In this document: piece by piece, positions 28,938-41,984 of the stretch
Numbering within the stretch: position 1 is the stretch's first letter
How the letters are laid out: each line of letters opens with the position of its first letter
DNA from: the human T2T-CHM13v2.0 reference genome, Homo sapiens
Direction: 5' to 3' (one strand)
DNA length: 64,000 nt
NCBI RefSeq assembly: GCF_009914755.1
Contig: NC_060926.1
Made by a program: the position numbers and the translations under genes
The notes under the pieces: model-generated
The model's database searches: none
What the model was told of the DNA's origin: nothing
The model's input: only the letters and a program-made list of their open reading frames with translations

Positions 28938-31900
28938 TTAATTCCCACCTATGAGTGAGAACATGCAGTGTTTGGTTTTCTGTCCTTGTGATAGTTTGCT
29001 GAAAATGATGGTTTCCAGCTTCATCTGTGTCCCTGCAAAGGACATGAACTCATCCTTTTTTATGGCTGCATAGTATTCCATGGTGTATATGTGCCACATG
29101 TTCTTAATCCAGTCCATCATTGATGGACATTTGGGTTGGTTCCAAGTCTTTGCTATTGCGAATAGTGCTGCAATAAACATACATGTGCATGTGTCTTTAG
29201 AGTAGCATGATTTATAATCCTTTGGTTATATACCAAGTAATGGGATGGCTGGGTCAAATGGTATTTCTAGTTCTAGATCCTTGAGGAATTGCCACACTGT
29301 CTTCCACAATAGCTGAACTAATTTATACTCCCCTCAACAGTGTAAAAGTGTTCCTATTTCTCCACATCCTCTCCAGCACCTGTTGTTTCCTGACTTTTTG
29401 ATGATTGCCATTCTGACTAGCATGAGATGGTATCTCATTGTGGTTTTGATTTGCATTTCTCTGATGACCACAGACGATGAGCATTTTTTCATATGTCTGT
29501 TGGCTGCATAAATGTCTTCTTTTGAGAAGTATCTGTTCATATCCTTTGCCCACTTTTTGATGGGGTTGTTTGTTTTTTCTTGTAAATTTGTTTAAGTTCT
29601 TTGTAGATTCTGGATATTAGCCCTTGTCAGATGGGTAGATTGCAAAAATTTTCTCCCATTTTGTAGGTTGCCTGTTCACTCTGATGGTAGTTTCTTTTGC
29701 TGTGCAGAAGCTCTTTAGTTTAATTAGATCCCATTTGTCAATTTTGGCTTTTGTTGCCATTGCTTTTGGTGTTTTAGTCATGAAGTCCTTGCCCATGGCT
29801 GTGTCCTGAACGGTATTGCCTAGGTTTTCTTCTAGGGTTTTTATGGTTTTAGGTCTAACATGTAAGTCTTTAATCCATCTTGAATTGATTTTTGTATAAG
29901 GTGTAAGGAAGGGATCCAGTTTCAGCTTTCTACATATGGCTAGCCAGTTTTCCCAGCACTATTTATTAAATAGGGAACCCTTTCCCTATTGCTTGTTTTT
30001 GTCAGGTTTGTCAAAGATCATATGGTTGTAGATGTGTGGTATTATTTCTGAGGGCTCTGTTGTGTTCCATTGTTCTATATCTCTGTTTTGGTATCAGTAC
30101 CATGCTGTTTTGGTTACTGTAGCCTTGTAGTATAGTTTGAAGTCAGGTAGCATGATTGCCTCCATCTTTGTTCTTTTTGTTTAGGATTGTCTTGGCTATG
30201 CAGGCTCTTTTTTGATTTCATATTAACTTTAAAGTAGATTTTTCCAATTCGTGAAGAAAGTCATTGGTAGCTTGATGGGGATGGCATTGAATCTATAAAT
30301 CACCTTGAGCAGTATGGCCATTTTCACAATATTGATTCTTCCTATCCGTAAGCATGGAATGTTCTTCCATTTGTTTGTATCCTCTTTTATTTCATTGAGC
30401 AGTGGTTTGTAGTTCTCCTTGAAGAGGTCCTTCACATCCCTTGTAAGTTGGATTCCTAGGCATTTTATTCTCTTTGTAGCATTTGTGAATGGGAGTTCAC
30501 TCATGATTTGGCTGTTTGTCTGTTATTGGTGTAGAGGAATGCTTGTGATTTTTGTACATTGATTTTGTATCCTGAGACTTTGCTGAAGTTGCTTAACAGC
30601 TTAAAGAGATTTTGGGCTGAGACGATGGGGTTTCCTAAATATACAATAATGTCATCTGCAAACAGGGCAATTTGACTTCCTCTTTTCCTAATTGAATACC
30701 CTTTATTTCTTTCTCCTGCCTAATTGCCCTGGCCAGAACTTCCAACACTATGTTGAATAGGAGTGGTGAGAGAGGGCATCCCTGTCTCGTGCCGGTTTTC
30801 AAAGGTAATGCTTCCAGTTTTTGCTCATTCAGTATGATATTGGCTGTGGGTTTGTCATAAATAGTTCTTATTATTTTGAGATACATTCCATCAATACCTA
30901 ATTTATTGAGAGTTTTTAGTATGAAGCGCTGTTGAATTTTGTCAAAGGCCTTTTCTGCATCTATTGAGATAATCATGTGGTTATTGTCATTGGTTCTGTT
31001 TATGTGATGGATTACCTTTATTGATTTGCATATGTTGAACCAGCCTTGCATCCCAGGTATGAAGCCCACTTGATCATGGTGGATAAGCTTTTTGATGTGC
31101 TGCTGGATTTGGTTTGCCAATATTTTATTGATGATTGTTGCATTGATGTTCATCAGGGATACTGGTAAAAATTCTCTTTTTTTATTGTGTCTCTGCTAGG
31201 CTTTGGTAGCAGGATGATGCTGGCCTCATAAAATGAGTTAGGGAGGATTCCCTCTTTTTCTATTGATTGGAATAGTTTCAGAAGGAATGGTACCAGCTCC
31301 TCTTTGTACCTCTGGTAGAATTTTGCTTTGAATCCAACTGGTCCTGGACTTTTTTTGTTTGGTAGGCTATTAATTATTGCCTCAATTTCAGAGCCTGTTA
31401 TTGGTCTATTCAGAGATTGAACTTTTTCCTGGTTTAGTCTTGGGAGGGTGTATGTGTACTGGAATTTATACATTTCTTCTAGATTTTCTAATTTATTTGC
31501 ATAGAGGTGTTCAAAATATTCTCTGATGGTAGTTTGTAATTCTATGGGATTGGTGGTGATATCCCCTTTATCATTTTTTATTGTATCTATTTGATTCTTC
31601 TCTCTTTTCTTCTTTATTAGTCTTGCTAGTGGTCTATCAATTTTGTTGATCCTTTCAAAAAACCAGCTCCTGGATTCATTGATTTTTTGAAGGTTTTTTG
31701 TGTCTCTATCTCCTTCAGTTCTGCTCTGATCTTAGTTATTTCTTGCCTTCTGCTAGCTTTTGAATTTTTCTGCTGTTGCTTCTCTAGTTCTTTTAATTGT
31801 GATGTTAGGGTGTCGATTTTAGATCTTTCCTGCTTTCTCTTATGGGCATTTAGTGCTGTAAATTTCCCCCTACACATTGCTTTTAATTTGTCCCAGAGAT

Positions 31901-32753
31901 TCTGGTATGTTGTGTGTTTGTTCTCATTGGTTTCAAACAACATCTTTATTTCTGCCTTCATTTCGTTATTTACCCAGTAGTCATTCAGGAGCTGGTTGTT
32001 CAGTTTCCATGTAGTTGTGTGGTTTTGAGTGAGTTTCTTAATCCTGAGTTCTAATTGGATTGCACTGTGGTCTGAGAGACAGTGTGTTGTGATTTCTGTT
32101 CTTTTACATTTGCAAAGGAGTGCTTTACTTCCAATTATGTGGTCAATTTTAGAATAAGTGCTATGTGGTGCTGAGAAGAATGTATATTCTGTTGATTTTG
32201 GGTGGAGAGTTCTGTAGATGTCTATTAGGTCCACTTGGTGCAGAGCTGAGTTCAAGTCCTGGATATCCTTGTTAACCTTCTGTCTCATTGATCTGTCTAA
32301 TATTGACAGTGAGGTGTTAAAGTCTCCCATTATTATTGTGTGGGATTCTAAGTCTCTTTGTAGGTCTCTAAGGACTTGCTTTATGAATCTGGGTGCTCCT
32401 GTATTGACTGCATATATATTTAGGATAGTTAGCTCTTCTTGTTGAATTGATCCCTTTACCATTATGCAATGGCCTTCTTTGTCTCTTTTGATCGTTGTTG
32501 GTTTAAAGTCCGTTTTATCAGAGACTAGGATTGCAACCTCTGCTTTTTTTATATTCCATTTGCTTGTTAGATCTTCCTCCATCCCTTTATTTTCAGCCTA
32601 TGTGTGTCTCTGCACATGAGATGGGTCTCCTGAATACAGCACACTGATGGGTCTTGACTCTATCCAATTTGCCAGTCTGTGTCTTTTAATTGGGACGTTT
32701 AGCCCATTTACATTTAAGGTTAATATTGTTATATGTGAATTTGATCCTGTCAT
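28938..32753 (-). pseudogene. L1 ORF2p remnant (disrupted)
   Basis: EN fragment (GDFNT, SDHS) of 318 aa, RT fragments ([22 protein letters not shown]), C-terminal ...MFSLIGGN; multiple frameshifts. Confidence 0.9.
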
Positions 32754-32816
32754 TATGATGTTAGCTGGTTATTTTGCTCGTTAGTTGATGCAGTTTCTTC
32801 CTAGCGTCGATGGTCT

Positions 32817-33839
32817 TTACAATTTGGCATGTTTTTGCAGTGGCCAGTACTGGTTGTTCCTTTCCGTGTTTAGTGCTCCCTTCAGGAGCTCTTTTAGGGC
32901 AGGCCTGGTGGTGACAAAATCTCTCAGTATTTGCTTGTCTGTAAAGTATTTTATTTCTCCTTCACTTATGAAGCTTAGTTTGGCTGGATATGAAATTCTG
33001 GGTTGAAAATTCTTTTCTTTAAGAATGTTGAATATTGGCCCCCACTCTCTTCTGGCTTGTAGGGTTTCTGCTGAGAGATCTGCTGTTAGTCTAATGGGCT
33101 TCCCTTTGTGGGTAACCCGACCTTTGTCTCTGGCTGCCCTTAACATTTTTTCCTCATTTCAACCTTGGTGAATCTGACAATTATGTGTCTTGAGGTTGCT
33201 CTTGTCAAGGAGTATCTTTATGGTGTTCTCTGTGTTTCCCAAATTTGAATGTTGGCCTGCCTTGCTAGGCTGGGGAAGTTCTCCTGGATAATATCCTGAA
33301 GAGTGTTTTCCAACTTGGTTCCATTATCCCCGTCACTTTCTGGTACACCAATCAAATGTAGATTTGGTCTTTTCACATAGTCCCATATTTCTTGGAGGCA
33401 TTGTTCATTTTTATTACTCTTTTTTCTCTAGTCTTGTCTTCCTGCTTTATTTCATTAATTTGATCTTCAATCACTGATATCCTTTCTTTCATTTGATCAA
33501 ATTGGCTATTGAAGCTTGTGCATGCATCATGAAGTTCTCATGCCATGGTTTTCAGCTCCATCAGGCCATTTAAGGTCTTCTCTATACAATTTATTGTAGT
33601 TTGCCATTTGTGTAACTTTTTTCAAGGTTTTTAGCTTCCTTGTGATGGGTTAGAACATGCTCCTTTAGCTTGGAGAAGTTTGTTATTACCGACCTTCTGA
33701 AGCCTACTTCTGTCAACTCCTCAACATCATTCTCCGTCCAGCTTTGTTCCATTGCTGGCGAGGAGCTGTGATCCTTTGGAGGAGAAGAGGTGCTCTAGTT
33801 TTTACAATTTTCAGCTTTTCTGCTCTGGTTTCTCCCCAT
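32817..33839 (-). pseudogene. L1 ORF1p remnant (disrupted)
   Basis: C-terminal ARREWGPIFNILKEKNFQPRISYPAKLSF; upstream lesions. Confidence 0.88.
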
Positions 33840-34437
33840 CCTTGTGGTTTTATCTAACTTTAGTCTTTGATGTTGGCGACCTACAGATGGGTTTTTGGTG
33901 TGTTATGTCCTTTTGGTTGATGTTGATGCTATTCCTTTCTGTTTGTTAGTTTTCCTTCTAACAGTCAGGTCCCTCAGCTGCAGGTCTGTTGGAATTTGCT
34001 GGAGGTCCACTCCAGACCCTGTTTTCCTGGGTATCACCAGCAGAGGCTGCAGAACAGCAAGTATTGCAGAACAGCACATATTGCTGCCTGATCCTTCCTC
34101 TGGAAGCTTTGTCCCAGAGGGGCACCCACCTTTATGAGGTGTTTGTCCTCCCCTACTGGGAGGTGTCTCCCAGTTAGGCTACAAGGGGTTCAGGGACCCA
34201 CTTGACGAGGCAGTCTGTCCATTCTGAGAGCTCAAACAGCATGCTGGGAGACCACTGCTCTGTTCAGAGCTGTCAGACAGGGTCGTTTAAGTCTGCGGAA
34301 GTTTCTGCTGCCTTTTGTTCAGTTACGTCCTGCCCATAGAGGTGGAGTCTATAGAGGAGTAGGCCTTGCTGAGCTGTGGTGGGCTCCTCCCAGTTTGAGC
34401 TTTCCGGCTACTTTGTTTACCTACTCAAGCCTCAGCA

Positions 34438-34698
34438 ATGGCAGACGCCCCTCCCCCCGCCAGGCTGCAGCCTCGCAGGTCAATCTTAGACTGCTGCACT
34501 AGCAGTGAGCAAGGCTCTGTGGGTGTGGGACCCACCAAACTAGGCACGGGAGAGAATCTCCTGCTCTGCCAGTTGCTAAGACCATGGGAAAAGCGTAATA
34601 TTTGGGTGGGAGTGTCCCTTTTTTCCAGGTACTGTCTGTCACAGCTTCCCTTGGCTAGGAAAGAGAAATCCCCCCAACCCCTTGCACTTCCTGGGTGA
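34438..34698 (+). CDS. L1 ORF0 homolog (86 aa); expression unproven
   Basis: MADAPPPARLQPRRSILDCCTSSEQGSVGVGP aligns with ORF0; ATG in gcaATGg context. Confidence 0.5.
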   Translation: MADAPPPARLQPRRSILDCCTSSEQGSVGVGPTKLGTGENLLLCQLLRPWEKRNIWVGVSLFSRYCLSQLPLARKEKSPQPLALPG

Positions 34699-34893
34699 GG
34701 CAACACCCTGCCCTGCTTTGCCTTGCCCTCTGTGGGCTGCACCCACTGTCAAAACAACTCCAATGAGATGAACCAGGTACCTCAGTTGGAAATGCAGAAA
34801 TCACCTATCTTCTGCATCGATCACGCTGGCAGCTGCAGACCAGAGCTGTTCCTATTTGGCCATCTTGGAATGGACCCGGCTATTATTATTATT

Positions 34894-35164
34894 GTTTTTT
34901 ATTGTACCACTGCACTCCAGCGGTACAATCTTGGCTCACTGCAACCTCCTCCTCCTGGACTCAAGTAATCCTCTCACCTCAGTCTCCCAAGTAGCTGGGA
35001 CTACAGGTGCATGCCCACCACACCTGGGTAATTTTAGTATTTCTTATAGAAGCTGGGTTTGGCCATGTTGCCCAGGCTGCTCTTGAACTCCTGGGCTCAA
35101 GCGATCCACCCACTTCAGCCTTCCAAAGTGTTGGGATTAAAGGCGTGAGCTACCATGCCTGGCC
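34894..35164 (-). mobile_element. AluJ with rearranged 3' end
   Basis: J-type CTCCTGGGCTCAAGCGATCC; TSD AGAATGGC(C/T)A(T/C)TATT at 28705-28719 and 35166-35180. Confidence 0.88.
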
Positions 35165-37699
35165 TAGAATGGCTACTATTAAAAAGTAAAAAAATAATAT
35201 GGTAGGGAGATGGCAGAGAAAGAATGCTTATACACTGCTGGTGGAAATGTAAAGTAGTTCAGCCATTGTGGAAAACAGTGTGGTGATTTTTCAAAGAACT
35301 TAAAATAGAATTACCATTCATCCCAGCAATCCCATTATTGGGTATATACCCAAAGGAATGTAAATTATTCTACCATAAAGACACATGCACACATATGTTC
35401 ATGGCAGCACTATTTACAATAGCAAGGCCATGAAATCAACCTAAATGCCCATCAAATGATAGACTGGATAAAGAAAATGTGGTACACCATGGAATACTAT
35501 GCAGCCATAAAAAAGAATGAGATCATGTCTTTGCAGCAACATGGATGGAGCTGGGGGCTATTATCCTAAGCAAACTAATGCAGAAACAGAATATCAAATA
35601 CTGCACGTTACAGAAACTGGGGCCTACTTGAGGAGGGAGGGTGGAAGGAGGGAGAGGATTAAAAAAAACTACCTATTTGGCACTATGCTTATTACCTGGA
35701 TAATGAAATAATCTGTATACCAAACCCTGGTGACACATAATTTACCTATATAACAAACCTGCCTATGTACCTCTGAACCTAAAATAAATGTTTTTTTAAA
35801 CAAGATTGTAAAGTGTAGCATGCAGTTATATTGCGATCGAGTTCTAATATTATAGGTATTAAAAACAGAGGAAACACAGAGAGTAAAACTAATTCTGAGA
35901 AGACGCTTATAATTATGTGATCTTGGTAAAACTCATGTCTCAGCTTGTTAAGTTAAAAAAAAATGATGTAAAATGCTGGCATTGGACTAAATCCTAATTT
36001 CCTTCCTGGGTGTCAGATTTAGCTGACTCTTTCTCCTGCCTGAAGTGCTCTCCTTATACAGCTTGTTCCACTTTTATGATGCTATTCATCCTTGAGCAAT
36101 TGTGGGATAGATCAGTGTGAAGTGTATCATTTGTTTTTAACCTGCTCTGGTTGTCAGTGGAAACCACAATATAAGGGGTAAAGACACCCAGAATTGAAGT
36201 GTGCAATATTATACACAACATTAATATGAAAGCAGTGCCAAAATGGCAAAATGAGGTGGTGAAAAGAGGCGACCACCCAGAATCCTGCAGTACTTAGTGT
36301 TAATAGATATTTACAAACTTACTAACTTGAAATTCCTTTAGGCATCATATTCCAGATTGAAGCTGCTGGGAATTCCTACCCTTATTAATTTTTATCTCCT
36401 CTACTCTGTCCTCCCTACATTTATAAAAAGCTACTGCTCAAAGGGTTATTTGTTAGTGGTGTCGAGTGTCTCCACCATTGAGGACTCGCCGTATTTAAAG
36501 TACTCTACTGGTGTTGAGTAAATATTTGCCAATGTTCTAAATGCCAGGGCCTCTTGACAACTCAACAGGAATGTTGCTTAGGCAGGAATGGGGGAAGGGC
36601 AGAATATTTCCTATCCCTGCAGCTGTGCAGCAAATTTTGGAGGACTGGGCTTAATGCCTCCAAAAAAATGTACCGCATTACTACCACCTTGATTGTTGTT
36701 ACTGTGTTGGTGACCACATCTCCCTCAGGCTGCCTTAAAATATTGTCTTTCATGTTGACACTTTGGAGGAGATCAAGAATTCTCTTCTGCTTTGGATTTC
36801 GATAAGTGTTTGAAAAAGGAATCATGAAAACGTAGGTCTGCAAGGGTATGACAAAGCAAGCTGTCGACCTCACAATGAGGGCTCAGCAAGTTGCTTCATG
36901 TTTTCTATTCATAGCCTCCTCCTCTCTGTCAGCTCTTTTGAAGTACTCATAAAGCAAAATAGGCTCATTAAATATGAGGGGGTAAATGAAGTTGGCAGTT
37001 GCACCTAGTTCAAAAAGCCTTTCCTTTTTAGATGTTTACGCTCCAGAAAAAAACAAAACAAAACAAAAAACTCAGAAGATGAATGCCTGCTATCAGTGGC
37101 TATTCATGGCCTCCCTTTTGGGTAAGTGATGTCAGCCAGGCTTTGGAAGATGTGGGTATTTTGTTCCAGATCTAGCACTAAACTGGTCCACAAAATTAAT
37201 GTCACAATGAAAAGCCAGGAAAGTCTTGTTTACCATTTCATTTACTAAGTTTGCATATAAGGATAAAGACTATTTAGAGTTCCTTTCTAAACAGTAAAGG
37301 AAATTTCTTCATCACTCTTCCCACATGGGCAGCGGCTTGTCCTATGTGTACCCTCTTGCTGGCAGGGACAGGCAATGGTTCTGCCCTGTGGATCAGCTCT
37401 TCCAACCCTTAGATTCTGTTCTTTGATGAACCTTTTCCTGCACATTTGGCTCCTTTTCTGAACCTACAGCATCTACATTTTAATGAGCTGAAGGGGATGC
37501 CAAGATGCATAAGAGATGGTCTTAACCCTCAAGATCTTACTGTCAGTAAATGAGGTAACGTGATGATGTTCACTAAACTGCCATATGCAAATGTGAGGTA
37601 ACTTGAGCAGATCCTTGAAAGATGGAAAATGTTTCTTTGGTTTCTGGTTGTGGGAAAGGACATCCCAAACCAAGGGTATAGTTTGAGCAAAGGCACAGT

Positions 37700-38775
37700 G
37701 GCTTTTCTAATCAGTGGACACTCTTTTTAGTCCTTATTCTATTTGGCCTGAGTAATATTTGATGCTGTTGTCCACTTGCTTCATCTTGAAGTTATTCTCT
37801 TGGCTTCAGACACCACATTCTGCTGTGTTTACTTCCGCTTTTCTGATGGCTCTTGTCAATCTCATCTCCAGGTTTCTATGAGTGTATATATATACTGATG
37901 ATGCCTTGCCTATGTCTCTAGCCAGGCTGCCCTCTTGAAGTTCAGACCTATATAGCTAACTTTCTGCTGTGCACATTCATATACACAGCTCTTACTTAAA
38001 TGCCTTAAGTTCTGCATGTTCAAAACCAAACCCATTATCTTTCTCCCCAAATCTGCATCTTCCTCAGTTTCCTATCTTAGTGAATAATGTACACCCAGTT
38101 ATTCAATTCAGAACCATGGTATAATCTTGACTCCTCCCTCCCCAACACCTTCCATGTAAAGAACCACTAGATCTTTTATATTTTATTTTGTTTTATATCT
38201 CTGTATGTGTCCAGGTCTTTCCATCTCTATTGCTACCTTTTTGGGTCAGCTCACCATCATCTTTTGCTTGGATGACTGCAGTAGCCATTTCCCTTCAACT
38301 TTCCCTCCAGGTAATTCTTTCTCTACGTTGTAGCCAAAGGAATCTTTCTAAGGCACAAATACGATCATTGTGTTTTCTTTCCTTACAACCCTCTAATATC
38401 TTCCCTTTGCTCTAAGGATAGTGTCCAGGTCCCCAATAAGGCTTCTTGTCTTTCTCATTCTGGACCTGCTGACCTCTCTTGCCTCATCTCTTGCCACCAC
38501 TCCTCAAGCTCCCTGAGCTTCAGACATTTTGAAGTGCACCTGCAGTTCACTCACATACCAGGCAGGTTTTCCTATCTCTCAGACTCCGTGCACGCTCTTC
38601 CCTATCTAGCACACTCTTTTCCCTTGCTCTTTCTCTGGTGTTAGCTGGGAAGTCACTGCTTCTACTGTATCCTACTGGCCTGTTTACTTGTCTATATTCA
38701 TTTAGGCCAATACTCCTTATAGAGTCTGGAACATTCTAGATAATCGGTAGACACTTTTTGGATGAATGAGTGAGT
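37700..38775 (+). mobile_element. L2 (L2a-like) 3' portion
   Basis: Pyrimidine-rich L2 motifs (CTTGACTCCTCCCTC, TTTCCTATCTTAGTGAATAATG) ending TTTTTGGATGAATGAGTGAG. Confidence 0.8.
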
Positions 38776-38880
38776 GTTAATGCATGAGATGGCTTAAAGG
38801 AATGGCAGATCACCCAGACTGACTGGAGTGGAGGATATACAAAAGACAAGAGTGGAAGATATGAAAGAAAGGTGGTTGGG

Positions 38881-39323
38881 TGTCTTACACTGGGTTTCCT
38901 GAGCACAAACTGTGAGATGAAGATTCCAGTGCAGGCAATTTATTGGGGAGTGCTCTTGGGATTAACTCCTGTGAGAGAGTGAGGGAGTGAGAGGGGCAGG
39001 ATATGGCAGAAGGTGAAGTTGAACTGAAATGAAATTGCAACAGGGCTGTCAGCTGATCCCATGTGGTAATTAGAAGCTGGCATAACCTCACAAAGTTCTG
39101 AATTGAGGCAAGGGGCTGGGGCTGTGTATCTTCACAGCAATCAGTCATTGAATGTGGGCTACCTCTGGGGAGGGGGCGAACTCAGGACAAACTGCTCCTT
39201 TGCCAAAGGCGATTTCTGGCAAGGGGTTCAACTATGACCTGGCAGAAGCCAACATTGCTGGTATCTAGGGGAATGATTATCCTGGTAGAGGAGGATCTGG
39301 GTGGCATTACCACATCCACTACA
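38881..39323 (-). mobile_element. Solo LTR16-family (ERVL) LTR
   Basis: TGTCTTA...CCACTACA termini; TTGAGGCAAGGGGCTGG and CAGTCATTG motifs; 5-bp TSD TTGGG/CTGGG. Confidence 0.8.
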
Positions 39324-39329
39324 CTGGGC

Positions 39330-40180
39330 CCACTTCAGGCCAGATTGAGGAAGTTTTGCTTTATTTGGTAGGCCTTGGGATGCCATTGGAGATGTTTACA
39401 CAGATAAATCATGTGAGTCAGAGCTGTATTTGAGAAGATTAGTCTAGTTGTATGCTCAGATTGGATTGGAGGTGGTGGATAAACTGCAGATAGAGAGGCC
39501 ATTGGGAGACTATTGAAATAGTCCAGATGAAGAAATAAAGGCCTGAACAGGGGTGTTGGCAGCAGAAATGGAAAAAGCGGTGGTTGCAAGAGATATGTTA
39601 ATGCTAAAATTCCCAGGCCCTGGTGACTAATTGAATATGGGGAATATGGAAAAATCAAAGGTGATTTCATAATTTTGAGCCTAGCTGAAATGTATGAATG
39701 ATGGTTCTGGCAGTAGATATTTAAGAAGGATATAGGTTTGGTGTAGATTTGTTGAATTTGCAGTATGACTGCCACCCAAGTAGAAGTGGCTTACAGGTGG
39801 CTGGGCAGTTTCTTGGGAGGGCAAAATACACATACATAAAAAGTTCTATGATGATATGAAGATGTTCATGTAGCAGTATTAGCATCAAATTTGTGTAAAA
39901 GAAGTTAATGCTACAAGAGGCCAGAGAAGACAGAAATCACTGTAGCCAAGAAGTGTTCATGGAGGAGGTTGCCTTTGAATGGGGTCTAGGTGCAGGTGTT
40001 AGATTTATGATGAGGAAGAAGAGATAGGGAGGGCAGGATGATGACATTCTGAGTGGAGCCAATGGTTTGAGCAGAGACAGAGAGGTAGAAATTCATACTG
40101 CATATTTAGAATACCATGAGAAGATCAGTTTGATTGGAACATAGGATTCATTTAAGGAAAGTTTGGTTTAAAAAGTTGAA
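39330..40180 (-). mobile_element. L2 fragments
   Basis: TGGGATGCCATTGGAGATGTTT, GGGAGACTATTGAAATAGTCCAGATGAAGAAATAAAGGCCTGAAC, L2 reverse motifs. Confidence 0.7.
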
Positions 40181-41485
40181 CAATTGATTGCGGAGAAACT
40201 TGAATGACAGGCTAAGTGATAGGGAGCATAAAGGAGTTTAGGTGATTTTTTGGTAAAACTTTGCCTCTGTTTCTGAAGTTTGATCCTTTCATCTGCCTGG
40301 ATGTGGGTCTTCAGAACCCACAGAACTAGAACTCTCCACTCGAGAGACACTTGTGCTTGTGATACAGAAGGCTACTGGTCACTGAGAGTCTTTTTCATGG
40401 AGATTGTATGACGGCACATTGGAGGAAATTCCAGCTGCATGTGTTTCTGAGGCTTTTACATCCACAGTCTTTGCTTAGCTTTCATGAGGCACAAAGAATG
40501 TGTGGCCTAATTGGTGAGCTGGTTTACTGGCTCACCCTGAAAAGTAAACATTGTGTATCTGTAAGTGGAAATTCAGTATGTGTAATCTAGCTGCCTAGTC
40601 ACGCCTGCCCCAAACGCTGTTGAAAACTTTGACCAAGGACTATAAAACTGTCAAGATCTGGGGCCCAAGCTTGCTTTCACACCAAATAATTCATTACTGA
40701 AGCTATGGGAAGATAACAGGACATGCATTTGACTTGCTGCTATTCCTTGTTTGCTACAGAAGCATCTGGCAGAGCTAAATGGCTTTGTATTACATCATGT
40801 TTCATTTCTTCTTTTTATTTATCATCTATTTTTATTTGTGTGACATGGAAACTTGCCCCACCCACCTCTGAGCACTCTCATTGAATAAAAAATGTATCTT
40901 GATATAACTTCAGTGACTTCAAAATGGAATCCTCAGATCGACACTTGGACCATTAAAAAAACAATGTCAACAAAATTTCTTTTGTGTCTTTGAGCAGATG
41001 TTTAATTTTATCCTCCTCCCAAGTGGTCATAGGCTGCTATTAGACTTCCTGACTGCCATTTTGTAACATCCAAAGGATCACTTGTTTTGTTTCCTTTGCA
41101 TAATTTCATCACAGAGTGTTTGAAACGGTTTTTGGGAACAAGAAGAGAATTGCTGTTTAAGGAATTAATCTCTAAGAAGCATACAAAGGAGTACTTACTG
41201 TTTTATCAATTCTTCAGTCCTACACAATTGAATATATTCTTCAGCCCACATAAATGTTTACTGCATTATAAGGGATTTTTATGTTTAAACTTTATATTTA
41301 ACAGTGTCCTTTAGATGTTTGGTCTAAAGGAAGTGCATTTCAGTGGTCTAAAAAAGAATCTCACAGGTATGTGTATTGTGTTTTCAATTTAAATTAGACA
41401 TTGTAACTGCTTAATGCCTTACCTATTCCATTTAGATCCTTCATGAAAACAGACTAATTTTAATAGCTGCCTAGATATTCCTAGT

Positions 41486-41487
41486 CT

Positions 41488-41555
<68 letters not shown>

Positions 41556-41622
41556 TCCTTTCTTTCTTTCCCTCCTTCTCCTTCCTCTTCCTCTTCCTCT
41601 CCTTCTCCTTCTCCTCCTTCTT
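41486..41622. repeat. (TTTC)n tetranucleotide microsatellite followed by CT-rich low-complexity tract (Alu tail derived)
   Basis: About 17 TTTC units then CCTTCT/CCTCTT units. Confidence 0.95.
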
Positions 41623-41753
41623 CGATAGGGTCTCACTCTGTTGCCCAGGCTAGAGTGCAGTGGTACGATCATAGCTCACTGCAGCCTTGAACCGTGGGAT
41701 CAAGCGATCCTCCTGCCTCAGCCTTTCAAGTAGCTGGGACTAGAGGCACGCAC
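41623..41753 (-). mobile_element. AluJ/FRAM right-arm fragment
   Basis: GATAGGGTCTCACTCTGTTGCCCAGGC...CAAGCGATCCTCCTGCCTCAGCC; TSD TTCCTAGT flanks Alu plus microsatellite. Confidence 0.85.
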
Positions 41754-41984
41754 TTCCTAGTGTAAAGTTAGTTTTTTCTTTATTTGCCTTGTCTAGAGAT
41801 GGGGAAGAAGAGTCATCTCCAGTTTCCATCATGTGATGTTAGGGGTGTTGAGAAGACTTCTGTATTTCGTAAATTAACTTTCATAAATAGTTTTCTATTA
41901 GTACAATTACTTTAACAGAGACCAAAGACCTTAATGCAGTTTACTTACTTATGATGTCTTCCAGCCCTACTTTTGGTTTATTGC

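Larger units (their letters stand above)
28726..34877 (-). mobile_element. Full-length LINE-1, L1PA6-type, inactive
   Basis: Reverse strand 5' CCAAGATGGCCAAATAGGAACAGCTCTGGTCTGCAGC; ORF1/ORF2 remnants; L1PA6-like 3'UTR; TSD GGC(C/T)ATTATTATTATT at 28710-28725 and 34878-34893. Confidence 0.93.

Noticed and set aside
36554-36873. Overlapping 83- and 103-aa ORFs in unique sequence (possible exon or processed pseudogene)
   Set aside because: No recognisable protein similarity, non-ATG starts, no poly-A/TSD or convincing splice boundaries
41481-41672. Arg/Lys-rich protamine-like ORF
   Set aside because: Translation of the (GAAA)n microsatellite and Alu arm
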